Of a stretch of 64,000 nt of DNA, positions 1 to 9,922 are shown piece by piece (the first letter of the stretch is position 1; each line of letters begins with the position of its first letter). Origin of the DNA: a virus. The DNA lies in the IMG/VR virus record IMGVR_UViG_3300032323_000793, positions 1-64,000 of that record; one strand, 5' to 3'. Position numbers and translations under genes: made by a program. The notes under the pieces were generated by a model. The model was given only the letters and a program-made list of their open reading frames with translations. It was not told the origin of the DNA and did no database searches.

Positions 1-2
1 CT

Positions 3-2183
3 ATAGATCAAGACACTGGTCGTATTTTAGATCACAAGGAATTCAAAGATTCCAATGGCGATGTTCAACTAACCACCATTGCCTGGACCAGCACAGGTAC
101 CTATGTATTGGGCGGCTACAAAAACGGCGAGTACAGCGAAGAGTTTCCTGTAGTTCCACAAACAGGCAGCGGCACTGGGGTGATTAACATTCTAAGAAGT
201 GCTATTCCTAATCTTACACCCAACACTGACACTTGGCAAATTGGCGGCACAGGATTTAGTGTGTTTGAGAACATTGACTATGTAGACCGCTACACAGGAT
301 TGACTGGTACTACACGACAAGGTACAGGTGCTACATTTGACATCATTGACAACGGTAATGGCACTTATAGTGCTAGTGTTGTTAATGGTGGCTCAAACTA
401 TCTAGCAGGGCACAAGATCAAGATTTTAGGTACAAGCCTAGGCGGTGCTACACCTGCTAACGATATCACTATCACTGTACAGACTGTGGACGGAAGCGGT
501 GTTATTCAAGGTGGTGGTATAGGTAACTCAGGAACAGCCGCTGGCACTGAAACTGCTACTTACACAGGATTATCTGGTACTAACTTTGAAGTAGGTAGTG
601 GATTTACTCTTACACTGGAAGGACCGTTTGACGAGAACAATTACAGCGAGTACTTTGATCGTATTATTACTGCCAATGGATCTAATTATGTCAACGGCGA
701 TGTGATTGTGATTCCTGGAACAAGTCTAGGCGGTGCCAGCACAGCCAATGATCTAACTATACAGGTCAATGTTGATGGCAGTAACACTTACATCAACAGT
801 ATGTCAGGAGTCGCACAATCTACCATTTGGAAGTTAACTACTACTACCGCAGTTGACTTTACTGAGGAAGGTTCTTGGGATCTAGTCTACTCACAACAAA
901 ACCAAAGTCTACTGATTACTCCTACTTGGCAGCGTACATTTGGTACTGCCACCGATGACCTTGACGAGATATACACCGTGGCCATAGACAGCGAAGACAA
1001 TATTATCGCAGTAGGTGAAGCAGAAGGAGAATTGGCTGAGGGCAATTTAGACGATTTGGCTGTGGTCTACAAGTTCAGCAACACAGGCACATTGTTATGG
1101 GCTCGCCAACTCAACGACGAAAATGACGACTGCCAAGCACAGTCTGTGACGACCATTGGCACAGACATCTATGTCACACACGAAAACGACAGCAGTGACA
1201 TTATTATTAGCAAGTTAAACGGATCAGGCACAGTTCAGTGGCAGAGAATCACTGCTGGTTATGACTCGGCCATTGCCCGCACAGCAGATGGCAATCTATT
1301 AGTAGCAGTCGAATACGACAACAATGACATCGACGACGATGCTATCAAAGTGTTCTTACTTACACCCGCAGGAGAAACTGTGTGGAAGCGTTGGCTATCT
1401 GCTATCGCCGACGATGACACAGATCTTGGCAGTTGGGGTGAAACTTTAGTTGTAGACGCTCACAGTTTCTATATCACAGGCCATCACGACACTGACGACT
1501 ATACCTGGGCTTGGGCGGCACGCTTGCCTCTAGATGGTTCAGGTACAGGTGAGTACGGACAGTTCCGCTACACAGATGTCAATGTGTTGACCAGCGGACC
1601 AACCAGTATCAACAACATCAACTACGATGTTGTCACAGTTGACCTAGAAGACACTGATAACTATGCTGGCATTTTAGGCGACAGTAGTGCTCCAAACATT
1701 GACACCACCGCCACAGTGACAGTGACTGACAATACCGGTGACTATGTACAGTATGCTTACTACCCAACTATGGTAGTAGAAGTTGTGCGTGACACAGACG
1801 GCGGCAATATTGTGTTCGCAGATGGCACTAAACAGAGCACTTCAGCCACAGACATTCCACAGAGACTGTTCAATGGCATAGACTATACCCTGGGCTTGAA
1901 TGATCGTGGACATCACATTCTCTGTACCGACGACCTTGAACAAATTCGTATTCCCTACAACAGTCGTGTGGAGTTTCCAATAGGCACAGTGATTACCATT
2001 GTAAATCCTCGAGGTGATGATGTGGCTATCTACACAGAAGGCAGCAGTATACAAGTGATGATCCCCGGTGATAGTAATTACTCAAACGGTGGCGATTTTG
2101 ATTTGTTTGCCTACGGTATGGCCACGCTGTTAAAGATTGGCACAGATCGGTGGGTGTTGGCCGGCAATGTTGGACCAGATTAA
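3..2183 (+). CDS. Tail fibre / receptor-binding structural protein (5'-truncated by the window)
   Basis: Frame is open from nt 3, upstream of the TTG at 108. G/T/S/D-rich. Two GSNY..G..I.I.GTSLGGA..ANDxTIxV repeats, beta-propeller-like W-x-R repeats, and a C-terminal FPIGTVITIVN..ATLLKIGTDRWVLAG domain typical of fibre tips. Confidence 0.7.
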   Translation: MDQDTGRILDHKEFKDSNGDVQLTTIAWTSTGTYVLGGYKNGEYSEEFPVVPQTGSGTGVINILRSAIPNLTPNTDTWQIGGTGFSVFENIDYVDRYTGLTGTTRQGTGATFDIIDNGNGTYSASVVNGGSNYLAGHKIKILGTSLGGATPANDITITVQTVDGSGVIQGGGIGNSGTAAGTETATYTGLSGTNFEVGSGFTLTLEGPFDENNYSEYFDRIITANGSNYVNGDVIVIPGTSLGGASTANDLTIQVNVDGSNTYINSMSGVAQSTIWKLTTTTAVDFTEEGSWDLVYSQQNQSLLITPTWQRTFGTATDDLDEIYTVAIDSEDNIIAVGEAEGELAEGNLDDLAVVYKFSNTGTLLWARQLNDENDDCQAQSVTTIGTDIYVTHENDSSDIIISKLNGSGTVQWQRITAGYDSAIARTADGNLLVAVEYDNNDIDDDAIKVFLLTPAGETVWKRWLSAIADDDTDLGSWGETLVVDAHSFYITGHHDTDDYTWAWAARLPLDGSGTGEYGQFRYTDVNVLTSGPTSINNINYDVVTVDLEDTDNYAGILGDSSAPNIDTTATVTVTDNTGDYVQYAYYPTMVVEVVRDTDGGNIVFADGTKQSTSATDIPQRLFNGIDYTLGLNDRGHHILCTDDLEQIRIPYNSRVEFPIGTVITIVNPRGDDVAIYTEGSSIQVMIPGDSNYSNGGDFDLFAYGMATLLKIGTDRWVLAGNVGPD

Positions 2184-2192
2184 GGAAATAAG

Positions 2193-3170
2193 ATGCCTAT
2201 ATCACAGATATTATTAACCAGCACAACCAGCGGAGGTGGAGGCGGTGGCGGAGGCGGCAACACATACCTGCCCTGGACCGTAGAATGGTTTCATAAAAGC
2301 AATTCCACACAGCCCAGCACCTTTCCTCGAGTGTTTGGAGTTGCCACTTATCCCAATCAGTCAATAGGATTCAGTCTCGAAGGCATCTACTACGGGTGGG
2401 CAGGCGGCAATGCTATTGGCACCGGGATCAGTGTTGTACACAACGCTTGGCAACACTGGGCTATGGTCAGCGATGGCACGGTTTTATCTATATACAAAGA
2501 CGGCGTTAGAGTTGTTACTGGAAATAGAACTGCTAGGGTCGCAAATGACGGAAGTATTTTTTATGTAGGTATCGATTCCGATGCTGGTAACGGCTTCAAA
2601 GGACTTATTACCAACTTTAGAGTTGTTAAGAATCAGGCAATGTATGATCCTACACAGAGTACCATTACCGTACCAACAACTCCGCTTTGGAGCAACTACT
2701 ATACAGAATTGTTGTTAAAGGCTGTAGACTCTAATAGTTTAAGCACGGATTCTAGCGGTAAGAATAGAACACCTTGGAATTCTGCTAACATTGCCTGGAA
2801 CGCAGATACACCGTTTACCGCACCACCATCTGCGGGTCCTTATACACAGTTTAGTAATTCATCAGCGTCCGACGCCGGCGGTTATTATATATTATTCAAT
2901 GGACCCAACTACAACGCTGACCTGTTAAATGTCAAAGGTGGATGGACCGTTACAGACGGCGGAACACAGTCTGGCACAGTGATAGGCGATGCTGTTGAAA
3001 TTAATCCTGGAGTTATTGAAATTAAAGTGGACTTCAATCCAGCCAATCAGACCAGTTGGACATTTACACAACAGTACGAATTAGGCGGCAGTATTGAAAC
3101 ATATACCAGCGGGTACGGCTTTATTGGCTATAATGGTGGAATAGAGTGGGCCTTGGATGTTACCGGATGA
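2193..3170 (+). CDS. LamG/concanavalin-A-like domain virion protein
   Basis: WTVEWF...WQHWAMVSDGTVLSIYKDGV...FKGLITNFRVVK LamG pattern; poly-Gly N-terminal linker; AAGGA RBS. Confidence 0.7.
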   Translation: MPISQILLTSTTSGGGGGGGGGNTYLPWTVEWFHKSNSTQPSTFPRVFGVATYPNQSIGFSLEGIYYGWAGGNAIGTGISVVHNAWQHWAMVSDGTVLSIYKDGVRVVTGNRTARVANDGSIFYVGIDSDAGNGFKGLITNFRVVKNQAMYDPTQSTITVPTTPLWSNYYTELLLKAVDSNSLSTDSSGKNRTPWNSANIAWNADTPFTAPPSAGPYTQFSNSSASDAGGYYILFNGPNYNADLLNVKGGWTVTDGGTQSGTVIGDAVEINPGVIEIKVDFNPANQTSWTFTQQYELGGSIETYTSGYGFIGYNGGIEWALDVTG

Positions 3171-3573
3171 TCTTGCGGAAAATATTCAACGCCTGCGTGA
3201 ACTAGATCATAGACGCAGATTGGGCACAGGCTGGCAGAGTATAGGTTATACTGGTCAGCCTTTCGCTTGGTTTGACCTAACTTATCAAGCAGTAGAAGCA
3301 GAACAAGGTAGTATAGACACTTGGTGGTTTAATGTTAATCTACAGGGCGAAGGCACAGGGTGGCACACGCACAGTCAGTGGGACAAGGTCGGAGTGCTAT
3401 ATGTACAGGTTCCTGCGGGTCTTATAGAGTTTAAGCAGGGCGGCGCATATTGGACTGAGAGTCCTCAAGCAGGCGATTTACTAGTATTTCCTGGTAGTTT
3501 AGAGCATAGAGTACTGCCTAACACCAGCGAACAGGTTAGAATTAGCGTGGCTTTCAACTTTAAGAAACGGTAA
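3157..3573 (+). CDS. Putative 2OG-Fe(II) oxygenase (TIGR02466-like)
   Basis: WHTH, P.AGDLLVFPGSLEHRVLPN and RISVAFN motifs. Confidence 0.75.
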   Translation: MLPDDLAENIQRLRELDHRRRLGTGWQSIGYTGQPFAWFDLTYQAVEAEQGSIDTWWFNVNLQGEGTGWHTHSQWDKVGVLYVQVPAGLIEFKQGGAYWTESPQAGDLLVFPGSLEHRVLPNTSEQVRISVAFNFKKR

Positions 3574-3576
3574 ATA
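3571..3576 (+). promoter_or_regulatory. T4-type late promoter box TAAATA
   Basis: TAAATA about 20 nt before the ATG at 3597; the motif recurs before many structural genes. Confidence 0.55.
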
Positions 3577-3596
3577 TAAGATAAAGAGAGCGTATT

Positions 3597-4142
3597 ATGG
3601 CCATACAAACAATTAATATAGGTAATGTAGTTAACGACGGACTAGGTGATGATCTGCGCACGGCCTTCCAAAAGGTAAATGCTAATTTTAATGATCTTAA
3701 CGTGGCTGTTTTAACCACTGCTAGAAACATTGGTATTTCTGGAGCAGGTTTGTTTGCGCAAAAAGTAGGCAACGAACTACAGTTTAAAAATATTGTAGCA
3801 GGTACTAAATTAACCTTAGAAGAATACGATAATCGAATCATTATCAATAATACGCAAACTGATTCTTTTGAAAATATCACTACACAGACTGGAAATATTT
3901 TTGCCGGGGATTATACTAATATTACTATTCAAGGCGGCACTGATACTTTTTCTACGTCCACAAATAACGTAATTACCATCGATACCGTTTTAGATTTAAA
4001 TCAGATTCTTACGGTCTATGATTTTGGATTAATATCACCTCCATATTCAAGTGTGGTACAATTTTTGGCCGCAGCGGCTAATATTGATTTTGGAACAACA
4101 ACAGTACCTTCTGGATTAAGTATCGATCTAGGGGAAATCTAA
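3597..4142 (+). CDS. Baseplate wedge / tail-fibre connector protein (gp9/gp10-like N-terminus)
   Basis: INIGNVVNDGLGDDLRTAFQKVNANF resembles the T4 gp9/gp10 N-terminal motif. Confidence 0.7.
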   Translation: MAIQTINIGNVVNDGLGDDLRTAFQKVNANFNDLNVAVLTTARNIGISGAGLFAQKVGNELQFKNIVAGTKLTLEEYDNRIIINNTQTDSFENITTQTGNIFAGDYTNITIQGGTDTFSTSTNNVITIDTVLDLNQILTVYDFGLISPPYSSVVQFLAAAANIDFGTTTVPSGLSIDLGEI

Positions 4143-4151
4143 GGAGAGATC

Positions 4152-6644
4152 ATGGCAGTAACATGGATCACTCCAGCAGGCGATCTTACAAACGGTGTAC
4201 CTATCACAGAAAGAAATATTCTAAATATACCACTTTCTGCGACTTCAACGACTGGAAATATCACGTATTCAGTTATAGCAGGTCAACTACCTAGAGGACT
4301 AAGATTAGAAGCATCTACTGGTAGGATCTTAGGCAGTGCTACAGAAGTAAGAAATTATACAGTAAACAGGTTTGTAGTTCGTGCCAGCGACAGTATTGAT
4401 ATCGAAGATCGCACATTTAGTCTTGCTGTAGACGGATCTGATATTCCACGATGGGTAACTAAAGAAGGTTTCCTGCAAGTTGGTAATGGCGAAAACTATT
4501 TTGTTTTAGATAATGCCTATGTAGAATTTCATTTGTCTGCATTAGATTCAGATGTAGTTGCTGGAGATAATTTAGAATTTTATTTGGTATCTAGTGGAGG
4601 AGAATTGCCTCCAGGCCTATCTCTTAGCAAAGATGGAACAATTTCTGGTTTCACAGATCCTATATTTGCTTTAGAAAATATTACATCTCCAACTGGTGCA
4701 TTCGACACCAATGGATATGACATTACTTATTTTGATAGACCCGAAGCAAGAACCAACGGATTTGACACTTATCTTTACGACGGAGTTACTTTTGATTACA
4801 ACGAGCCTAGTCGTGGTCCAAGACGTCTTAGTAAATTTTATACATTTATTGTAGCAGTCAGCGATGGCATTAACGAAGTACGTAGAATATTTAGAATCTG
4901 GGTAGTCACAGAAGAATTCTTACAAGCAGATAACAGCATTGTTCAAGTAGACACTAATCTATTTCGTTCAGATAACACTGGTGATAGAGTTCCGTTATGG
5001 ATCACTCCTAGTTATTTAGGCAGACGTAGAGCAGATAATTATCTTACAATATTTTTAGATGTTTACGATCCACCCAGTTTAACTGGTGTGATAACTTATT
5101 TCTTGTTAGCCACTAACCCCGATGCTACTCCCAGTTTGTTACCTCCAGGACTAGTTTTAGATACTATTACCGGCGAACTAGCAGGTCGCGTTCCTTATCA
5201 GAATGCTGTAACTAAGACCTACAAGTTTACTATGCAGGCTATAGATTTTCCTGCAGCATTAGGAAACATATCCTATACATTTGTGGGAGATTGGAATTCT
5301 TCTAGAACTTATTTTTCCAACGAGGCTGTAAAGTATCAAGATTCAATTTATATATGTTTGAAAGAAAACAGAAATGTAATTCCAGATGACGGAGCAGTTT
5401 GGGATAAAGCCACAGCCACTGCAGAAAAAACCTTTACTATAGATATCATTGGCGAAATTGAAAGTGCTATCGAATGGGTTTCTGATAGCGATCGAGGATC
5501 TATACGTCCTAATCAACCAAGTTCGTTGTTTGTAGAAGCACGAAGTTTATATTATGGTGGCAAGGTTGTTTATGAATTAAGTTCAGGTACATTGCCTCCA
5601 GGCTTAAATCTTTTATCAACTGGTATTATACAAGGTAAAGTTAAACAATTTGCAGACGATGCTGGCCCTGGAATTATTCGTTTTTATGAACGAGTTGATA
5701 GTTTAGGTCCAGGAGAAGACAGTTCTTCTCTTTCTAAAGATTATACTGCTACTTTTGACAGCGGTTCTACTACTTTTGATCGTAAGTTTGATTTTGCTAT
5801 AAAGGCCAGAGACACTGCTAATTTTGCTGAAAACATCAAATCATTTCATATTACCATAGATACAGAAGTACAAAAATCTTTCGCCAATCTCTATGTTAAG
5901 GCTTTCCAAGAAAAACAAAAACGATTAGAATGGTACGATTTTATCACTAACAGTAATATTTTCCGCAACGATGAAATATATCGTTATGGAGATCCTAACT
6001 TTGGAATACAGCCTGAAATTAAGATATTGGTATTTGCAGGTATTGAAAGTCTCGAGGCTGTAAATTATGTTCAGGCTATGAGCAGAAATCATTATCGCAA
6101 ACAAATTAGATTTGGCGATATTAAATCAGCCGTGGCAAAAGATCCTATAACACAGGAAATTATTTACGAAGTTGTTTATGTAGATATTGTAGACGAATAT
6201 GAAAAAAATGGAAAAAGTATATCGCAGACTGTAAATCTTCCAGATAATATCAACAGCAGAGTATTAGTCAGTTATGATGCTATTAAGATAGACAGCGATA
6301 TACCATTGGTCAGCGATCGAGATCATCAACGAGTTTTTCCTAACAGTTTCAAGAATATGAGAAAACGTATTAAATCGCTAGGAGACAGAGATCGAACATT
6401 TTTACCGCTTTGGATGAGATCTATACAGCCAGATGCATTTGTAGAAACTGGTTATGTGAAATCTCTAGTACTGTGTTATCTCAAACCTGGTTTTAGCGAG
6501 GCTGTTATATCCAGAATTAAAAGCAATAATTTTGATTTCAAAAAAATCAATTTTACCATAGACAGATATGTAATAGATATTTTAGACGGACAAATAGAGG
6601 ATAAATACCTTGCATTTCCGCAACGTGGAGAAAAATTACCGTGA
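4152..6644 (+). CDS. Putative Ig-repeat baseplate/virion structural protein
   Basis: Repeated G.LP.GL.L...G.I.G putative-Ig motifs; strong AAGGAG RBS; structural context. Confidence 0.7.
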   Translation: MAVTWITPAGDLTNGVPITERNILNIPLSATSTTGNITYSVIAGQLPRGLRLEASTGRILGSATEVRNYTVNRFVVRASDSIDIEDRTFSLAVDGSDIPRWVTKEGFLQVGNGENYFVLDNAYVEFHLSALDSDVVAGDNLEFYLVSSGGELPPGLSLSKDGTISGFTDPIFALENITSPTGAFDTNGYDITYFDRPEARTNGFDTYLYDGVTFDYNEPSRGPRRLSKFYTFIVAVSDGINEVRRIFRIWVVTEEFLQADNSIVQVDTNLFRSDNTGDRVPLWITPSYLGRRRADNYLTIFLDVYDPPSLTGVITYFLLATNPDATPSLLPPGLVLDTITGELAGRVPYQNAVTKTYKFTMQAIDFPAALGNISYTFVGDWNSSRTYFSNEAVKYQDSIYICLKENRNVIPDDGAVWDKATATAEKTFTIDIIGEIESAIEWVSDSDRGSIRPNQPSSLFVEARSLYYGGKVVYELSSGTLPPGLNLLSTGIIQGKVKQFADDAGPGIIRFYERVDSLGPGEDSSSLSKDYTATFDSGSTTFDRKFDFAIKARDTANFAENIKSFHITIDTEVQKSFANLYVKAFQEKQKRLEWYDFITNSNIFRNDEIYRYGDPNFGIQPEIKILVFAGIESLEAVNYVQAMSRNHYRKQIRFGDIKSAVAKDPITQEIIYEVVYVDIVDEYEKNGKSISQTVNLPDNINSRVLVSYDAIKIDSDIPLVSDRDHQRVFPNSFKNMRKRIKSLGDRDRTFLPLWMRSIQPDAFVETGYVKSLVLCYLKPGFSEAVISRIKSNNFDFKKINFTIDRYVIDILDGQIEDKYLAFPQRGEKLP

Positions 6645-7240
6645 GCAACATTAATTATTTGGGCATAAATGAAAACTTCCCTGTAGCAGGTGAAGACAAT
6701 GATACACAGGTTTTCCGTGATAACTTTGACACGATCAAAACCAGTTTACAAACTGCTAAAGACGAAATCACTGATCTAGAAGCCAATGCGGCTAGATTGG
6801 ATATCGACAACGACTTTAATAGAACTATTATCAGTCGTGCAGTTATGCAAGACAACTTTGAAAGAAAATATGACCACGGTGTTACTGAAACACCTGTAAT
6901 AGTAGACTTTGAAAACGGTAGTTATCAAATTTTTAGATTTAATGCAAACACATCTGTAGAATTTCAAAATTTTCCAGACAGTAATACTTTACCGATCAGT
7001 GTTGGAAAAGTAACTTTAGAATTATATGGCTCAATAGATCCATTTACTAATCTTGGAAGAACAATTACATTTGTTACAAGTGGCGGCACAGTACTGAAAA
7101 AGAATTCCTCGTTTCCCGATCCTTTAGTTTTAACAAGTCAAGAATTGGCAGCAGGTGGCGGCAATCCTATTATCGTAGAAGTTTGGCGCCATAAATCCGA
7201 TAGGATTTTTCTAAATTACATTGGACAATTCTCGTCATAA
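6641..7240 (+). CDS. Virion structural protein (baseplate/tail associated)
   Basis: FPVAGEDNDTQVFRDNF N-terminus plus coiled coil; GTG start; GATAAATA box at 6600-6607. Confidence 0.5.
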   Translation: MSNINYLGINENFPVAGEDNDTQVFRDNFDTIKTSLQTAKDEITDLEANAARLDIDNDFNRTIISRAVMQDNFERKYDHGVTETPVIVDFENGSYQIFRFNANTSVEFQNFPDSNTLPISVGKVTLELYGSIDPFTNLGRTITFVTSGGTVLKKNSSFPDPLVLTSQELAAGGGNPIIVEVWRHKSDRIFLNYIGQFSS

Positions 7241-7241
7241 A

Positions 7242-7478
7242 ATGATTCACCCGTTTGCCGAAGATCTTTCAGCATTGAAAGAAAACGAATTGGAAGAAAA
7301 AGTCCAAGAATTGACTAGAAAATATTACCAAGCATCACGTCTGGGCAAGCCAGAACTGTTGACACAGATCGCAACTTTTGTTACAATATACAAAGACGAA
7401 TTATCTAAAAGATATCGTGAACGTACACAAGCAGAACTTGACGGCGATTTGGATCAACTGATTAATGTTAACAAATAA
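7242..7478 (+). CDS. Hypothetical coiled-coil protein
   Basis: ATG at 7242 directly after the previous stop; co-linear operon. Confidence 0.55.
   Translation: MIHPFAEDLSALKENELEEKVQELTRKYYQASRLGKPELLTQIATFVTIYKDELSKRYRERTQAELDGDLDQLINVNK
7359..7387 (+). promoter_or_regulatory. Sigma70-type promoter upstream of the mini-dnaE gene
   Basis: TTGACA (7359-64), 17-nt spacer, TACAAT (7382-87), with an extended TG. Confidence 0.7.
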
Positions 7479-7929
7479 CTTAAAAGATTTAACAGAAGCA
7501 ATAATGATACATGGTCCGGACATATTGTCCGACTGTGTAATTTCTGATGAGTTTAAACAGTATATGCAACGCATAGACGATGAGAGATTAGATTATCCAA
7601 TTCCTATGCCAAGTATAGATACAAATCATTGGTTTATTCCTCGAGAATATCAAGATCTTGATATAGAAAATTGGGTACGTGATCAATGCAAAGATATTAA
7701 AGCGCAAGATAGAGTAGAAGAAGAATTAAGACTATATCGCCAAAATAATATGATTCCTGTGCTAAAAACTATGAAATATATTGTAGATACTCTTAGAGCC
7801 AATAACGTAGTTTGGGGTGTAGGACGTGGTAGTAGTGTAGCCAGTTATGTTCTCCATGTTATAGGGGTCCATAAGATCGACAGCGTTAAATACAATATAC
7901 CAATAGAAGAGTTCTTCAAGGAGAAATAA
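7465..7929 (+). CDS. DNA polymerase III alpha (DnaE)-like fragment lacking the catalytic PDIDxD motif
   Basis: RVEEEL...LRANNVVWGVGRGSSVASYVLHVIGVHKIDSVKYNIPIEEFF matches the DnaE GPGRGSAAGSLVAY.LGIT.IDP..Y.L.FERF segment. Confidence 0.75.
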   Translation: MLTNNLKDLTEAIMIHGPDILSDCVISDEFKQYMQRIDDERLDYPIPMPSIDTNHWFIPREYQDLDIENWVRDQCKDIKAQDRVEEELRLYRQNNMIPVLKTMKYIVDTLRANNVVWGVGRGSSVASYVLHVIGVHKIDSVKYNIPIEEFFKEK

Positions 7930-7930
7930 A

Positions 7931-8161
7931 ATGGGTAGAACATATACCAGTATGCAGGGAAAATCAATTGACATGGACAAACTGTCATTGAGAAACGAAC
8001 TTACACCTGCTGTAGGAAACATGAAAGTTAATGCACGGGGAGATGAACTAGGTCCTGGCGGCCAGATCATCAGAACTAAAGAACAGATCATGCAAGATTA
8101 TTATAAAAATAATCCTAGAGCAGTTAGAGAAGAAATTGCTACAAGAGGAAACAAGAAATAA
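7931..8161 (+). CDS. Hypothetical protein
   Basis: AAGGAG RBS; TAATG overlap with the next gene. Confidence 0.6.
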   Translation: MGRTYTSMQGKSIDMDKLSLRNELTPAVGNMKVNARGDELGPGGQIIRTKEQIMQDYYKNNPRAVREEIATRGNKK

Positions 8162-8517
8162 TGGCATTTTACGATACTCAAAATATCAAAATACGTGCTA
8201 TACATGATCACGTGATTGTAACTGGAATGAATTTTTCAGAAAGAAAAACAGCCAGTGGTATTATCTTACGCAGTGACAATGGTAAGAGTCACGGAATTAG
8301 ACCTAGGTGGGGACAGGTTTATAAAATTGGACCTGAACAAAAAGATGTTGAAATCGGCCAATGGATTCTAATCGAACACGGTCGTTGGACTAGAAAAATT
8401 AGAATCAATGACGGTGAAGGCGAAAAAGACATTTGGCGAGTAGATGCTAAAGGTATTCTTGCGATATCAGAAACAGCCCCCACTGCTGAGGACGATGTCA
8501 TTGTAGATAGTGTATAA
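8161..8517 (+). CDS. groES: GroES-like co-chaperonin
   Basis: IRAIHDHVIV, ERKTASGIIL, G.V.KIGP, V.IG..IL, ILA pattern of Cpn10. Confidence 0.8.
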   Translation: MAFYDTQNIKIRAIHDHVIVTGMNFSERKTASGIILRSDNGKSHGIRPRWGQVYKIGPEQKDVEIGQWILIEHGRWTRKIRINDGEGEKDIWRVDAKGILAISETAPTAEDDVIVDSV

Positions 8518-8756
8518 TGGGCCTTAAGAAGAACTGGAACACAGCAGACATCGCTAATCAAATTAGCGCACTAGGTCGTGAGTGTTCCAGTCCTTACAAT
8601 GATGGCTTTACTGCTTTCGAATTTAAAAAAGATCTTTATCAGATCAAATCCATAATAGACCACGCACTCGACAAGGCTCCAAATTTTGGCGATTTGGAGC
8701 AACAGTGGTTGACAGAACAAGAACAAAAGCGTATCATTAAGATTCTAAAGTCTTAA
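8517..8756 (+). CDS. Hypothetical protein
   Basis: Translationally coupled by TAATG. Confidence 0.55.
   Translation: MGLKKNWNTADIANQISALGRECSSPYNDGFTAFEFKKDLYQIKSIIDHALDKAPNFGDLEQQWLTEQEQKRIIKILKS
8709..8737 (+). promoter_or_regulatory. Sigma70-type promoter upstream of the MazG-like gene
   Basis: TTGACA, 17-nt spacer, TATCAT. Confidence 0.65.
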
Positions 8757-8765
8757 GGAGATACA

Positions 8766-9176
8766 ATGACTAATCCCTTTCGCGACCAAGCGAAATTTAT
8801 GGCTGCCTGCGATCAATCTGCAGGCGGAGAGTTTGACCAAGCACAATTTAAAATGTACTTAGGTCTAATTCAAGAAGAATTTAAAGAATTACAAGTTGCT
8901 GTTGATAACAATGATCAACTCGAAACCCTTGATGCTCTTATTGATATCTTAGTTGTTACTATTGGTACTATTCATTCTATGGGCGCAGACGCCGAAGGTG
9001 CATGGAAAGAAGTTATGCGTACTAACTTTGCTAAGATTGACAAAGACACTGGCAAGGTTCGTAAGCGTGAAGATGGCAAAGTTCTTAAACCGTTAGGGTG
9101 GACTGCCCCTGATTTAAAACCGTATCTCTATCAAGAGAGAGAAAAAAATTTACTTAATCAAGGTTACGAACAATGA
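8766..9176 (+). CDS. MazG-like / PRA-PH family NTP pyrophosphohydrolase
   Basis: LIQEEFKEL...ETLDALIDILVV...EVMRTNFAK...KREDGKVLKP.GW..PDL. Confidence 0.8.
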   Translation: MTNPFRDQAKFMAACDQSAGGEFDQAQFKMYLGLIQEEFKELQVAVDNNDQLETLDALIDILVVTIGTIHSMGADAEGAWKEVMRTNFAKIDKDTGKVRKREDGKVLKPLGWTAPDLKPYLYQEREKNLLNQGYEQ

Positions 9177-9922
9177 CTGTGAATGTTTATTGGACAAGAT
9201 CAAATCCAGGTTGGGAAGATCTAGAAAAGTTAGGATTTCCCACCAGTACATACATGAGTCCTATGAGGATCGAAGAACCCGAACCTCTCACTAAACATCT
9301 AGATTATAAAAACTTCTTTGGTCCTTTAGTTAGTAAGTGCCCTGCAATAATAGATGATCTTAAAAATACTTTTGTGATAAAAAGTCCTGTTGATGTAACC
9401 TTATACATAGAAAACAATTCTTTTAAGGTCGATCATCAGGAATTAGACTTTGCTCAATCGTTCCTAGGAGAACCGCAAGGAAAATTTGGTATACATCAAT
9501 TATCTTTTTGTTATAACTTTTTTAGTGAAAAAAGTTTGATGCTTACACAATTGCCTGCATTTTACGACAGCAACAGTTTTACAAACAATACATTTTCAAT
9601 ATCTGGAAGTTTTGATATCGGACGTTGGTATCGTCCATCAGGAAAACCTGCGTTTATTATTAGGCCCGACTCAAAGAAAATAACTATCAAACAGGGCGAT
9701 GCATTGCTATATGTAAAATTTAATACACAAGATAAAATTAAACTAATTGAATTTGATGACCGTGAGTTTTTAGCAATGAAAGAGCGCAGTCCGGAATGGG
9801 TTTGCGGTACATTAAAAAGACACACTAACAGCATTTTAAGTTTGGCTAAATGTTATGATCTGTTTGATCAATACAAAATGCGCAGACGTATCTTAAAAAC
9901 TATAAAGAAAAATACAATATGA
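9173..9922 (+). CDS. Conserved-type phage hypothetical protein
   Basis: 249-aa ORF coupled by ATGA at both ends; CPA..D...N.F.IKSP and G.FDIG.W.RP motifs. Confidence 0.6.
   Translation: MTVNVYWTRSNPGWEDLEKLGFPTSTYMSPMRIEEPEPLTKHLDYKNFFGPLVSKCPAIIDDLKNTFVIKSPVDVTLYIENNSFKVDHQELDFAQSFLGEPQGKFGIHQLSFCYNFFSEKSLMLTQLPAFYDSNSFTNNTFSISGSFDIGRWYRPSGKPAFIIRPDSKKITIKQGDALLYVKFNTQDKIKLIEFDDREFLAMKERSPEWVCGTLKRHTNSILSLAKCYDLFDQYKMRRRILKTIKKNTI

Noticed and set aside
2230-2258. GGN microsatellite as a phase-variable tract
   Set aside because: Mixed Gly codons encoding an ordinary poly-Gly linker.
7900-8161. Programmed frameshift or intron extending the DnaE fragment
   Set aside because: No PDIDxD in any downstream frame, no intron-like sequence, and the next gene has its own RBS.
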